64,000 nucleotides of DNA from Phycisphaerae bacterium (GCA_035504095.1 DATJSN010000045.1:591-64590); one strand, 5' to 3'; counted from the first letter of the stretch, positions 37,724 through 47,743 are shown. Program-made: numbers and translations. Notes: generated by a model not told the origin, from the sequence alone.

Positions 37724-38175
37724 TGTCGGACCACCGCGAACTATATCAGGAAACGATCCTTGACCATTCACGTTCGCCACGCAATAAACACGCCATGCCT
37801 GACGCGAATCACCACGCCGATGGGTACAACCGTTTGTGCGGCGATAAGCTGAGCTTGTATCTGAAAATCGAAAACGGCGTCATTGAGGATATCAGTTTCA
37901 TCGGCGAAGGATGCGCTATTTCCACCGCTTCGGCTTCACTAATGACTGAAACACTCAAAGGTAAACGTCTTGAAGATGTATCGCCGCTATTTGAAAAATT
38001 TCATAATATGGTCGCAGGATCAGTGGAAAAGATTGATGATGAAGAAATGCTCGGTAAGCTTTTAGTTTTTTCCGGCGTGCGGGAATTTCCTGTCCGCGTC
38101 AAATGCGCCACGCTTGCCTGGCATACGCTTCAGGCAGCGTTAAAGGACAATTCAAAGACCGTGTCGACTGAATAG
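37723..38175 (+). CDS. sufU: SufU/IscU-like Fe-S scaffold / sulfurtransferase
   Basis: NRLCGDKLSLYLK...GEGCAISTASASLMTE. The start overlaps the sufS stop (ATGA). Confidence 0.85.
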   Translation: MSDHRELYQETILDHSRSPRNKHAMPDANHHADGYNRLCGDKLSLYLKIENGVIEDISFIGEGCAISTASASLMTETLKGKRLEDVSPLFEKFHNMVAGSVEKIDDEEMLGKLLVFSGVREFPVRVKCATLAWHTLQAALKDNSKTVSTE

Positions 38176-38185
38176 AGAACCCATT

Positions 38186-38890
38186 ATGCCCATTGATTTA
38201 ACTGAAATTGCCGCCGATCAGATCAGGAAAATTCTCAAAGATCAGGGGATGTCCGATCAATCTGTATTGCGCGTTGGTATTAAAGGTCGCAATACCGCCG
38301 GCTTTAATTACATTCTCGATTTGACTGAAGTACGCCACGAAGATGATGTTGTCGGCCAGTCGAATAACATTACCATTGTTTCCGATCCAATCAGTTATCC
38401 GAGCCTCGACGGAACCGAAATCGATTTCCGCGACGATTCATCCGGTCGGGGGTTTGTATTTAAAAATCCACACGCGGTCAAATTGCCCGTTCATCCACCC
38501 AGTACATCAGGTGCAGCGCCATCGACTGGTGTTCACGCAGCGCAGGGCGATGGCGCCACTGGCACAACCATCACCGACGCATTACAGAATAAAGCCCTGG
38601 AAGCAGCCATCGTCGAGAAATTACGCTCCATTTTCGATCCAGAAATTCCGGTTAATATTTATGATCTGGGGCTGATTTATCGTATTGATATTTCCAAAGA
38701 TAAGGACGTCACCATTGATATGACATTAACCGCACCCGGTTGCCCGGTGGCCGGTTCGATGCCCCCATCAGTTCAGCAAGCTGTAGAAAGTGTGGAAGAG
38801 GTCAAATCAGCCAAAGTGAATTTGGTATGGGAACCGCCTTGGAGCAAAGATCGTATGTCTGAGGAAGCGGTGCTGCAATTGGGGTTATAG
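38186..38890 (+). CDS. Fusion protein: N-terminal HesB/IscA-like A-type carrier fold lacking the three conserved Cys, plus a C-terminal SufT (DUF59/MIP18) Fe-S assembly domain
   Basis: N-terminal LRVGIKGRNTAGFNYILDL...GFVFKNP resembles IscA/SufA but without the CxnCGC Cys ligands. The C-terminal IFDPEIPVNIYDLGLIYRI...TLTAPGCPVAG is the DUF59/SufT signature. Confidence 0.7.
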   Translation: MPIDLTEIAADQIRKILKDQGMSDQSVLRVGIKGRNTAGFNYILDLTEVRHEDDVVGQSNNITIVSDPISYPSLDGTEIDFRDDSSGRGFVFKNPHAVKLPVHPPSTSGAAPSTGVHAAQGDGATGTTITDALQNKALEAAIVEKLRSIFDPEIPVNIYDLGLIYRIDISKDKDVTIDMTLTAPGCPVAGSMPPSVQQAVESVEEVKSAKVNLVWEPPWSKDRMSEEAVLQLGL

Positions 38891-39011
38891 AAACGTCTTG
38901 TCCATAGGCAAATTTTTTTCTGGTTCGCGACCCTTGTTGTTTAACCTTGCACATTGGCCATGTCGGCGTTCAACTTTGCTGTTACCATTGAGATAAGTTT
39001 AAAACGAGGAC

Positions 39012-39863
39012 ATGGGATCCACCATGACTCAACCGCTCTTTATCATAGGCAATAAGCGATCAGGAACGTCACAACTCGTCCGACTACTTAATCTCCACCC
39101 GCACATTTATGTTTCTCATGAATCTGATATTGGCTGGATTCTTTATCAATACCACAATGGCCGTGGGTTTACCGCTCATGCATGGGATTCCGATCGTGGC
39201 ATGCGCACCACGCTGGAATTGGCCGACAATCTCCTGCAAGCTGACAAAAGCCCCAAAGACAATTTTCTCGCGGTGCAGACATGCCTGATGAAAAAAGGAA
39301 CGCCATGGCAATCGCCCCAGGAAAAGACAGACTTAAAGTGGATCGGTGACAAAAAGCCGTTTCAACACACCGATTCGGAATTGCTGGCATTTCTACTAAA
39401 ACATTTTCCTGATGCCCATTTTCTTCACATTGTACGGCACCCTTTCCATGTGGTGGCGAGCTCTGATCGGTTTAATCAGACCACAAGCGGAGATTTCTGG
39501 CTGGGGCTTTCGCCCGCGCAAAAGTTGGAACGCTGGACGTTTCATGAGCAGCAGGTGATTAAACTTCGCGAGATGCTTCCTAAACGCTTGCATACTCTGC
39601 GCTACGAGGACCTATGCAGACGAACAAGGCGGGAATTATCCGGTGTTTTTTCGTTTCTTAAAGTAAACAATGACGCAAAAATTCTGCGTGAGGCAGCGTG
39701 CCAGACCATTCTGACAGCCACGCCGGTACCGCCGATACCTTGCTCTGATGAAACGCTGCGCGTGGCCGCGATATATGGTTATGATCTTCGGCATCCTCCG
39801 GGACGAATAAAAATTACGATGCAAACATGGTATTGGGGACTGGCGAAACGGTTAGGAGCCTGA
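39012..39863 (+). CDS. Sulfotransferase family protein
   Basis: 5'-PSB-like loop IIGNKRSGTSQL near the N-terminus and an RxxS 3'-PB-like region; 283 aa. Confidence 0.7.
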   Translation: MGSTMTQPLFIIGNKRSGTSQLVRLLNLHPHIYVSHESDIGWILYQYHNGRGFTAHAWDSDRGMRTTLELADNLLQADKSPKDNFLAVQTCLMKKGTPWQSPQEKTDLKWIGDKKPFQHTDSELLAFLLKHFPDAHFLHIVRHPFHVVASSDRFNQTTSGDFWLGLSPAQKLERWTFHEQQVIKLREMLPKRLHTLRYEDLCRRTRRELSGVFSFLKVNNDAKILREAACQTILTATPVPPIPCSDETLRVAAIYGYDLRHPPGRIKITMQTWYWGLAKRLGA

Positions 39864-39866
39864 CTG

Positions 39867-40463
39867 GTGCATCCAAAGGTTTTCAAAGTTTTTGACGAAA
39901 TTTGCCGTGAACATGCGGTTCAGGGCGCGGTGCTGGAGATCGGCGCTACGCCGGATGCTTCGACGTTACTGAATCTTCCGGCATTGGCTGGGGCAACAGA
40001 AAAAATCGGTATTAATAAAGCGGGAAGCAGCGAATTCAGTGGTTTTCGTATCCTTGAATGCAACGCCAATGAAATGGCCTGTTTTTCCAATGCCAGATTC
40101 GATGTTCTCCTCTGCAATGCCGTTCTGGAGCATGATCCGTTCTTTTGGAAAACACTTTCCGAAATTCGCCGGGTTGTCAGGAGCGGCGGCGTTGTCGCGA
40201 TTGGTGCGCCGGGATACATGAAATTGCCTTTTGAGTCCAAGTTTCGCAGGCTGCTGTCAAAAATGCCGCGATTGCCGAGTAATTCCGATGGCTGGGCACT
40301 GCAACATTCCACACTGACATTGGGCGTTCATAATTTTCCGGGCGATTATTATCGCTTTAGTGAGCAGGCGTTTCGTGAAGTTATTTTTGAGGGAATGCAT
40401 AATGTGGTTATTCACACGGTTTTAGTTCCCCCGCGCATCATAGGCGTAGGCATTCGGAGTTGA
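39867..40463 (+). CDS. Class I SAM-dependent methyltransferase (GTG start)
   Basis: VLEIGATPD motif I and motif II/III (LLCNAVLEH; GGVVAIGAP). Confidence 0.7.
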   Translation: MHPKVFKVFDEICREHAVQGAVLEIGATPDASTLLNLPALAGATEKIGINKAGSSEFSGFRILECNANEMACFSNARFDVLLCNAVLEHDPFFWKTLSEIRRVVRSGGVVAIGAPGYMKLPFESKFRRLLSKMPRLPSNSDGWALQHSTLTLGVHNFPGDYYRFSEQAFREVIFEGMHNVVIHTVLVPPRIIGVGIRS

Positions 40464-40491
40464 TCCTTCCCGATTAATTTTGTTAGAGGCT

Positions 40492-41535
40492 CTAGCCGAC
40501 AGAATTCGTGACTTGATTCAGCATAGTTACCCAATGACCGGCCCAATGGGCAATCGAATAATTTTCTATCACATGCCGACGACCGGCGTTTCCATACGAT
40601 GAACGAAGACTTTCATCTTCGGTGAGCCGTCGAATGGCCAGACGCCACTCTTCTGGACCTGTTGCCCAATAACCATTAACACCATCAACAACGATTTGAC
40701 GATTCACACCCACGGGGGTCGCAATTACCGGAAGACCGGCAGCCATGTACTGCAATAATTTAGCGCCGCATTTAGCGGCTTGGTAGGGATTATTTTCCAG
40801 CGGCATAATTCCCACGTCAATGTGCATGGAGATCGTGCGCTCCAGTGTTGGTGACCAATTTAAATAGCGCACCCAACGTGAGTCCTTCATGAATGAGGCG
40901 GGCCGATCTGAAATGACCACCAGTTCGAATTTCAATTCCTGCTGCAATTCGTGAAAAACTTTCGCCATGGGTGCCAGGGTGTGCTCTATCGACATTGAAC
41001 TTCCAAGCCAGCCGATGCGCAATGGCCCATTTAATCGATGGTTTTCACGCACACTGTAACAATCGGTATCAACGGCTGTAGGAATGATGACGTGCTTGCG
41101 AGTAACGCTCGAAATGGCATCCGCAATGGATTGATTTCCACAGATGATAACATCGGCCCGACGACATAGTGCTTCAAAACCAGTGCGATCGCCACCGAGA
41201 TAAATTGCATCATCGACGTCCAATATAAGTGGATTGGGTGCATTCAAAAATGGGCGCTTGCTTACAGGCAACTCACGACTAATCACAATTGGTTGATGTG
41301 GACCAAGTTTATGAAGCGCGGACGAAGCTTGCAGAGTACGCCATCCCCGCCGTAAACGATGTCCGGTGCGGCCGAACCACTTTGTCTTTGGCAAACTCGA
41401 CTGACCTATTCCGGAATCAAAATGATGTATTCGTAGTCGCCAGCCGCTTTTCTCCAGGTGCGGAGCATAAGCCGCAATCCTCATCCTGGACGAAGGATGG
41501 TTGACGCCCAGAGAAAACGCCAGAACATTTTTCAC
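40492..41535 (-). CDS. Glycosyltransferase family 4 (GT-B, GT1 clan)
   Basis: C-terminal E-x7-E-like region, with AAKCGAKLLQYMAAGLPVIATPVG typical of GT4. Confidence 0.85.
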   Translation of the reverse strand: MKNVLAFSLGVNHPSSRMRIAAYAPHLEKSGWRLRIHHFDSGIGQSSLPKTKWFGRTGHRLRRGWRTLQASSALHKLGPHQPIVISRELPVSKRPFLNAPNPLILDVDDAIYLGGDRTGFEALCRRADVIICGNQSIADAISSVTRKHVIIPTAVDTDCYSVRENHRLNGPLRIGWLGSSMSIEHTLAPMAKVFHELQQELKFELVVISDRPASFMKDSRWVRYLNWSPTLERTISMHIDVGIMPLENNPYQAAKCGAKLLQYMAAGLPVIATPVGVNRQIVVDGVNGYWATGPEEWRLAIRRLTEDESLRSSYGNAGRRHVIENYSIAHWAGHWVTMLNQVTNSVG

Positions 41536-42671
41536 GCTCTTTCGGTTCCTTTTTGCAGGCTAAAATAAAGGTCTTCAAGTTGCATAAAGCATTTGTCTTC
41601 ACTGATTTCGGAAACTAACCGTTGTACGTTATTTCGCAAACGGTTTCGCAAGTCTGGATTGAGCAGCCGCTTTATCGTATTTGCCAACTCCACGGCATCC
41701 CACGGATTTTGCAGAACTATTCCATTTTCATCGGAATTTATGAGTTCCGCCGATCCGTCAAATCTGCTGGTGACCACTGCGCAGCCGGCATGGATTGCTT
41801 TGAGTGTAGATAAACTTCCCGCATCATGGTAAGTAGGATGCAGGAAAACATCTGCTGTGTGATAGTAAGGATCTATAGCCGGAACCCACCCCACAAGTTT
41901 ACAGCATTTTCCCAGGCTGTGTTCATCGATGAATTTTTGAAACGTTTTATTCTGATTGTCCCCAGTAACCACAACAAGCAATTTGCTGCGCATATCTGTA
42001 TCAAGCATGCTTAGTGAACGCAAAATCGTCATGATCCCCTTGAGATAAAAATTTGCCGCCGAAGCCAGCATAAGAACACGATCACCAGCATCTAGTGATT
42101 CCCGTAATACCCGCAAATCCGATTTCGTCGGTAAAAAAGATAGGGGAATGCCATTGCGAATCACTACGACGTTCTGGCGTCGCAATTGTTTAAAATCCCG
42201 AGCGGCAAGATTTGAACACGCCACGAGGGCGCGACAATGGCTGCTTTGACGAAATTGCAGGCGTACGTCGCGCCAGGAGCGAATCCGCCATAAATGACGA
42301 AATGCCAGAGTTTTCGGATAGGAACACAGTTGTCGCTTCCAGTTGTGTACCAATGAACCCATTAGGGGGTGAAAAATATCTGACGATTCAAGACACCCTG
42401 TGTCGTGAACCAAATCCGCGGAATAATCACTGACAAACTCGCGAAGGACACGAGCCCGGCGCCAGGAGTTTTTAGTATGTCTGCTTGGCGGCAGTGCCCG
42501 CAAATCGCACCCCTCCGGAGCCCCTGTATCAGCACGTTCGCAAATTATGCGGACCTTATGACCACGCCGAACGAGCCAGCGGGCATAGTTGTAAACCCAC
42601 TCCGCCGCCCCACCATGATTCGGCTCATAGGTCCCTATTGCCAAAGCGATACGCAAAGATGCAGCGGCCAT
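41532..42671 (-). CDS. Glycosyltransferase family 4
   Basis: GT-B fold. C-terminal KAIHAGCAVVTSRFDGSAELI matches the GT4 consensus. The start overlaps the downstream gene by 4 nt. Confidence 0.85.
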   Translation of the reverse strand: MAAASLRIALAIGTYEPNHGGAAEWVYNYARWLVRRGHKVRIICERADTGAPEGCDLRALPPSRHTKNSWRRARVLREFVSDYSADLVHDTGCLESSDIFHPLMGSLVHNWKRQLCSYPKTLAFRHLWRIRSWRDVRLQFRQSSHCRALVACSNLAARDFKQLRRQNVVVIRNGIPLSFLPTKSDLRVLRESLDAGDRVLMLASAANFYLKGIMTILRSLSMLDTDMRSKLLVVVTGDNQNKTFQKFIDEHSLGKCCKLVGWVPAIDPYYHTADVFLHPTYHDAGSLSTLKAIHAGCAVVTSRFDGSAELINSDENGIVLQNPWDAVELANTIKRLLNPDLRNRLRNNVQRLVSEISEDKCFMQLEDLYFSLQKGTERA

Positions 42672-42675
42672 GCAA

Positions 42676-43866
42676 TTACGTCTCCTGATTGAGCAATTGA
42701 TTGCCTGCTTCGGCCACCTGTTGCCAGGAAACGTCCTGGATACACGGAGCGCTTACGTTGTGTGGAATGTTATAAATGCATTTCCAGTCGCAGCCGGCAC
42801 AAGGAACCGTCTTATATATCACTGGAGCACGTTGGGTAAATTCAGCTGGATATGGAAAGTATCTGGATGGTATTCCACTTCCTCCGACGGCAAGTACGCG
42901 ACAATCCAGCGAGACACCCAGGTGATATACACCGCTGTCATTGACCAGTATCAGCTTTGCATTAACCAATACGGCAGGTAAATCTTCAGTTGGAATTTTG
43001 CCACGAAGGTCTATCAGTTCCGGAGCATTTTTGTCGGGTTGTGGCCAAATCAACGGATAATTGTCTTTTTCTGTACCGATCATAACGACCTTAAGTTTGT
43101 GTCTAAGCGCTAATTCTCTGGTAGCCTGCAAAAAATTTTCCAGCGGCCATGATCGTTTGGCATCTGACGCCTTTGGACAAACCACCATGTATGCCGTTTC
43201 GGTAACAGGATTTTTTCTTTCAAAGCCGGCAATCAACCGCCACGGCTTGGAAGAAATTGGCATTCCCACGGCGGTCATAAACTCCGCATATCTTTCCAAT
43301 TCGTGCATTCGTCTTGCCTCTTGATTGACAATCTGTGTATAAAAATGATCCCCGATTTTACGTTCCAACGACGTTATAAACGGAGCATGACCGGCACTTC
43401 CAATTCTCATTGGCGCGCCTGTTGCGCGAATCAGACAATCTTCAACCATCAATGTGCGGTTATATGTGGGTTGAATTGCTACAGCAAAACGACCCCTGAT
43501 GTTCCGAATCACCGTTGCGCGGTATTTCAAATTACGTCTGCGCTCGAAGCGGCGTCGATCAATTCCTTCAATGTGATCTACCGGAAAATTCTGCCGGGCG
43601 AATTCAACCAATGCTGGCTGAACGTAAAGTACCGATCTCAATCCCTGCTTGTGCATATGCGCTGCCAGACGTTCAATGGCGTTTCCCGCAAGCAGCAAAT
43701 CGCCCAGTCCATGCAGGCAGAAAATCGCTCCCTCTGTCCGCTTGCGCGGCTCCTGGAACTCCGCAAGCATGGCAACATCCACGGTTGCAAGTATCATTCC
43801 ACGTACAAATCGGGTAAAAATTTTCCAGGTGTCGCGATAACTCCTCTTCATGCAAGACTCCGCCAC
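42676..43866 (-). CDS. Glycosyltransferase family 9 (heptosyltransferase-like)
   Basis: LILVNDSGVYHLGVSLDCRVLAVGG matches the GT9 xNDSGPMHxAAA region; 396 aa. Confidence 0.8.
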   Translation of the reverse strand: MAESCMKRSYRDTWKIFTRFVRGMILATVDVAMLAEFQEPRKRTEGAIFCLHGLGDLLLAGNAIERLAAHMHKQGLRSVLYVQPALVEFARQNFPVDHIEGIDRRRFERRRNLKYRATVIRNIRGRFAVAIQPTYNRTLMVEDCLIRATGAPMRIGSAGHAPFITSLERKIGDHFYTQIVNQEARRMHELERYAEFMTAVGMPISSKPWRLIAGFERKNPVTETAYMVVCPKASDAKRSWPLENFLQATRELALRHKLKVVMIGTEKDNYPLIWPQPDKNAPELIDLRGKIPTEDLPAVLVNAKLILVNDSGVYHLGVSLDCRVLAVGGSGIPSRYFPYPAEFTQRAPVIYKTVPCAGCDWKCIYNIPHNVSAPCIQDVSWQQVAEAGNQLLNQET

Positions 43867-44774
43867 TGATCCAAAAGACTTTGTTCCAGTGTATATTGCG
43901 GACGCCAGTCAAAATTCTGCATGAGTTCCGGATTTCCCACACTTCGCCACAGGCATTCTGGAGAAATTTCTGTTGAAATTGCTTTAATTTCAACTCTTGC
44001 CAAAGTCGCTATTTTCGCTGCAAGTTCGCCGACACTTACGGACTTGCCGGTGCATATATTGACGATTGGTGGAGGATCTGCAGCCATGCCCAGAATGACC
44101 AGCGCTCTGGCAACGTCACGGATATCGATCCAATCGCGTAGATAATTGGCGTTATCCACTCGTAAAGAGCCCTCACCAGCGCGAATCCGTTTCATTAATG
44201 CACCCGCAAATGCCCGCCCGTCCTGGCTTGGGCCTATCGGGTTGAAAAGTCGTGCGGTAATAATATCCAGGCCATCCGATATGAAGCGGGATGCAAGCTC
44301 GCTCTGTAGAACTTTAGCCCAACCATATTCCGAAAGCGGCTTGGGGGTATCCTGCTCTCGAGAGCCGGATTTCGGTGAATTGCCATATTCCGCAGCCGAA
44401 CCAAGAAGAATTACTCGACATTGTGGAGTTTCCTTTTGCACAGCGCTAAGAACATTTAATGTGCTCCGGTGATAAAACTCCCGCATCGCGGATGGTGCGA
44501 TATTTGATGGATGCCCAACGGCGTTAATTAAAATTACCGGTTGAATCTCTCCAAATAGTTCGCGCAAAACGCCGTCATTATCAACATCTACCGTTCGATG
44601 CACCTCGTTCATATCCGCTTGGTCTATTTTCAATTCGATTTCAGAATGGAAAACCTCCGTTACGTTATATTGTCGTGATTTTAATTCTCGACATGTTGTA
44701 TGCCCAACAAATCCTGATGCTCCCAGCACCAGCCAATTACCTTCATATATGTTTTGTGGCGAACCGCTAAGCAT
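43848..44774 (-). CDS. NAD(P)-dependent epimerase/reductase (SDR, 4-keto-6-deoxy-sugar reductase-like)
   Basis: LVLGASGFVGHT Rossmann motif, YxxxK context and 308 aa. It overlaps both neighbours, indicating a tight operon. Confidence 0.8.
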   Translation of the reverse strand: MLSGSPQNIYEGNWLVLGASGFVGHTTCRELKSRQYNVTEVFHSEIELKIDQADMNEVHRTVDVDNDGVLRELFGEIQPVILINAVGHPSNIAPSAMREFYHRSTLNVLSAVQKETPQCRVILLGSAAEYGNSPKSGSREQDTPKPLSEYGWAKVLQSELASRFISDGLDIITARLFNPIGPSQDGRAFAGALMKRIRAGEGSLRVDNANYLRDWIDIRDVARALVILGMAADPPPIVNICTGKSVSVGELAAKIATLARVEIKAISTEISPECLWRSVGNPELMQNFDWRPQYTLEQSLLDQWRSLA

Positions 44775-45516
44775 TCTTTCGCCCGTATTGCGACGTCTTG
44801 GGCGGTGTAATAAAGCATTCCTTGTTTTTCAGAAAAACTTCCTGAGCCTCCAGGTAATCATCGCGCCGTCCAATATCGAGCCAGATTGCGTCGGCCTCAT
44901 AACATGACACCTTGCACTTTTCCGCCAGAAGTCGGAGCACGAGATCGGGAAAATCGAAGTATTTTACAGGTGGTATGTAATCCAGAACTCGGCGATCATA
45001 AACATATATTCCCATGCTTACTGGATATATGTACCTTGGCTTTTCAATGTAATCGACAACCTCAGACTTATCTCCATTCAGTTTGAGTACGCCCAGATCA
45101 ATTTGTATTTGCTTGCGATAGCCTGCGATCGTCAGCATCGCACCGTTATCCTTATGAAATGCCATTAATTTTTGATAATCCAATGTGGTTAACACGTCAC
45201 CATTAGTAACCAGAAAAGTCTCAGGTAGATTCGGTACAAGGCGCAACGATCCGGCGGTTCCGGTTGGTTCTTCCTCGTCAACGCATTCTATTTCAATTTG
45301 TGAGGCAAGGGTCTTCTGGGCCCCAAGATATGAACGGATAAGCTCTCCCATGTGCCCGAGGGAAAGCGTAATACTTGTGCATCCGCTTGCGATAAGCCGG
45401 CGAATAATGATCTCCAGGATCGGAACATCCCCTACTGGCACCAGTGGCTTGGGAAGCGCAGCTGTATATGGCGCCAAACGCGTGCCGCGTCCGCCGGCGA
45501 GTATAACTGCCTTCAT
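44767..45516 (-). CDS. Sugar-1-phosphate nucleotidyltransferase (glucose-1-phosphate cytidylyltransferase-like)
   Basis: MKAVILAGGRGTRLAPYTAALPKPLVPVGDVPILE N-terminal signature motif; 249 aa. Confidence 0.85.
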   Translation of the reverse strand: MKAVILAGGRGTRLAPYTAALPKPLVPVGDVPILEIIIRRLIASGCTSITLSLGHMGELIRSYLGAQKTLASQIEIECVDEEEPTGTAGSLRLVPNLPETFLVTNGDVLTTLDYQKLMAFHKDNGAMLTIAGYRKQIQIDLGVLKLNGDKSEVVDYIEKPRYIYPVSMGIYVYDRRVLDYIPPVKYFDFPDLVLRLLAEKCKVSCYEADAIWLDIGRRDDYLEAQEVFLKNKECFITPPKTSQYGRKNA

Positions 45517-46493
45517 AACGCATACTCCGCTGGTCTAAGTAAATCGCGATTTTCGCGCATCCATTGGATAGTCTGTATAAGTCCCTCGCGTAACGATATC
45601 GTTGGTTTCCAGTGCAAAAGTTTGGCGGCTTTGGCGTTACAGCTTATCAGTTCCATTACTTCACTGGCTTTTGGCCGCACGCGCTGAATATCGCTGACAA
45701 TGGCTGGTGAAACTTTAAGAATTTCAAAGATCATTTGCGCCAGATCGCCAACGCTCACGGCTTCGCCGCTTCCCAGGTTAATTGTTTCTCCAATAGTTCC
45801 ATCTGCTTCACCCGCCTTGATGAATCCATCGACCGTATCTGTAATGAAAGTAAAATCTCGCACGGGATTCAGTGCGCCAAGTTTTACATGGTTGCCCGAC
45901 AGTACCTGCATAATGATATTGGGAATAACCGCGCGGGCCGATTGCCGCGGACCATAAGTGTTGAAGGGTCGCACGATAACCGCCGGTAAATCGTAACTGC
46001 ACACAAAACTTTCTATAACTTTGTCGGCTGCAATCTTGGACGCGGCATATGGTGATTGCGCATGAAGCGGATGCTCCTCATTCAACGGTGTATATTGCGC
46101 CGTTCCATATACTTCGCTGGTGGACGTGTGAACAAATCGCTTAATACCGTTTTTCAGCGCTGCTTGCGCAACATTTAACGTACCATCCACGTTGGTACGA
46201 ATATAAGATGCAGGAGCATGATAGGAATATGGAACTGCGATTAACGCCGCCAGGTGAAACACCACATCACAGTTCTTGAGAACATCTAACGTCCAAAATG
46301 GATCTGTAATATCTCCCAGTATGACATTCAAATTCGGCGGCGTGAGATGATGGTGTTTTTCAAGCCAACCCCAGGTTCCTCTGGCGTTGTAATGAATCAG
46401 CGCTGTAACGTTACACCCTCGCGTAAGCAACGCTTCTACCAAATGACTGGCGATAAATCCTCCTGCTCCGGTTACAAAAGCGTTAGCCGTCAA
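45513..46493 (-). CDS. NDP-sugar 4,6-dehydratase (extended SDR)
   Basis: GAGGFIASHL; catalytic TSTSEVYG and YAASK. Confidence 0.85.
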   Translation of the reverse strand: MTANAFVTGAGGFIASHLVEALLTRGCNVTALIHYNARGTWGWLEKHHHLTPPNLNVILGDITDPFWTLDVLKNCDVVFHLAALIAVPYSYHAPASYIRTNVDGTLNVAQAALKNGIKRFVHTSTSEVYGTAQYTPLNEEHPLHAQSPYAASKIAADKVIESFVCSYDLPAVIVRPFNTYGPRQSARAVIPNIIMQVLSGNHVKLGALNPVRDFTFITDTVDGFIKAGEADGTIGETINLGSGEAVSVGDLAQMIFEILKVSPAIVSDIQRVRPKASEVMELISCNAKAAKLLHWKPTISLREGLIQTIQWMRENRDLLRPAEYAL

Positions 46494-46890
46494 TCCGCCG
46501 CTCCTTTCCTAAAATTAGATGCCCCATTGCGGCGTTATTATATTCTCACTAGTAAACTTATAAACTGTTTCTGTGTTTTATAAATTAAACTTGGAGATGA
46601 CAATAAGAAACTCCGGTCACGGGCTTTGCCGTGCCAGTCGATAATTGCGTTGAATATAAGTTAATTTGACAAACGAACACATGTTCGCTTTCACGTAAAT
46701 TTGCACCGTTAGATGAGATCGTAATATTAAAATTGACCGATAATTATTAAATAAATTTTTTTATTGTCATGCATTGTTTTTCGCTATACAATCTTGCGAG
46801 TATTAAGGTTATGGGAGAGTGTATCTTCCTTATTGGCGAAAAATTCCCCTGAGAAAAATGGCATAGTGGGCGTGTTAGTAGAGGAGAAAA

Positions 46891-47709
46891 ATGGGTAGTA
46901 AGAGAGCTCGGATTTCTTTCTTGATATCCTCTGCGGCCGTAGCAACTCTGGTTCTGAGCTGTCCTTCTACGGCAACAGCTACGGTGGTGACGTTCGCTCA
47001 ATTCGATCAAAGCTCATCCGGCAATCCATTCTATTACGATGATGTCCCCAGCGCAGGAGACGCAGAACTGATTACATCCAATGGCGTTATCTCCAATGGT
47101 ACTTATACCGTAATATCAATACCTGTAAGCTTCACATTTTTGGTACCCATGCCTGCTGATTTAACCGGCCCTCAACAGGCGACCTTAAAGCTCATTTCGA
47201 GCACCGAATCCAAAGTCTACGATCCCTGGTCCCCAACTTATGCCAGCGGTAGCTATTCCAGTCAACAGTTTTTGGGCAATGGTGCACTTGCGGATATTCT
47301 TACCGTGACCCGCGATACCGCGGCTGCCGAAGGAACTGGCAACAAAACCAACTTGCTGACTATGGACTATACCGGCCAAATTGCCGGGAAGATCAGTTCA
47401 GTAACGCCTCAATTGAGCGGTAATACCGTTTTGGGCAATACGGTCACTTATACTTCAGATTTTATGAACTTTGCCAATTCAACCCAGCAGGATTTCTCTT
47501 TAACTTTTAGTTCCTGGACCACACTAAATGGCGGCGGTGGACTGCAAGTCGATACAGAAGATCAATACTATGATTCAGCATACGCCGCTGGAGCAGCCAC
47601 TTTTGACGTTCAAGCGACTGTTCCCGAACCCGGAACATTGAGTCTGGCAACCTTCGGTCTGGCGGGCATACTGCTTCGTCGCAAACAAAAAATAAAGAGC
47701 CCTCAATAA
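46891..47709 (+). CDS. PEP-CTERM sorting-domain secreted protein
   Basis: Signal peptide; the C-terminal VPEPGTLSLATFGLAGILLRRKQK is the PEP motif plus TM plus a basic tail (exosortase substrate signature). Confidence 0.85.
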   Translation: MGSKRARISFLISSAAVATLVLSCPSTATATVVTFAQFDQSSSGNPFYYDDVPSAGDAELITSNGVISNGTYTVISIPVSFTFLVPMPADLTGPQQATLKLISSTESKVYDPWSPTYASGSYSSQQFLGNGALADILTVTRDTAAAEGTGNKTNLLTMDYTGQIAGKISSVTPQLSGNTVLGNTVTYTSDFMNFANSTQQDFSLTFSSWTTLNGGGGLQVDTEDQYYDSAYAAGAATFDVQATVPEPGTLSLATFGLAGILLRRKQKIKSPQ

Positions 47710-47743
47710 TCTGAACCAAAACGACTACTGTTTATAAGCCTTG

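Noticed and set aside
46500-46890. Sigma-54 promoter (TGGCAT-N5-GCGTG) upstream of the PEP-CTERM gene
   Set aside because: The -12 element does not match TTGC, so this is too weak to call without a scan.
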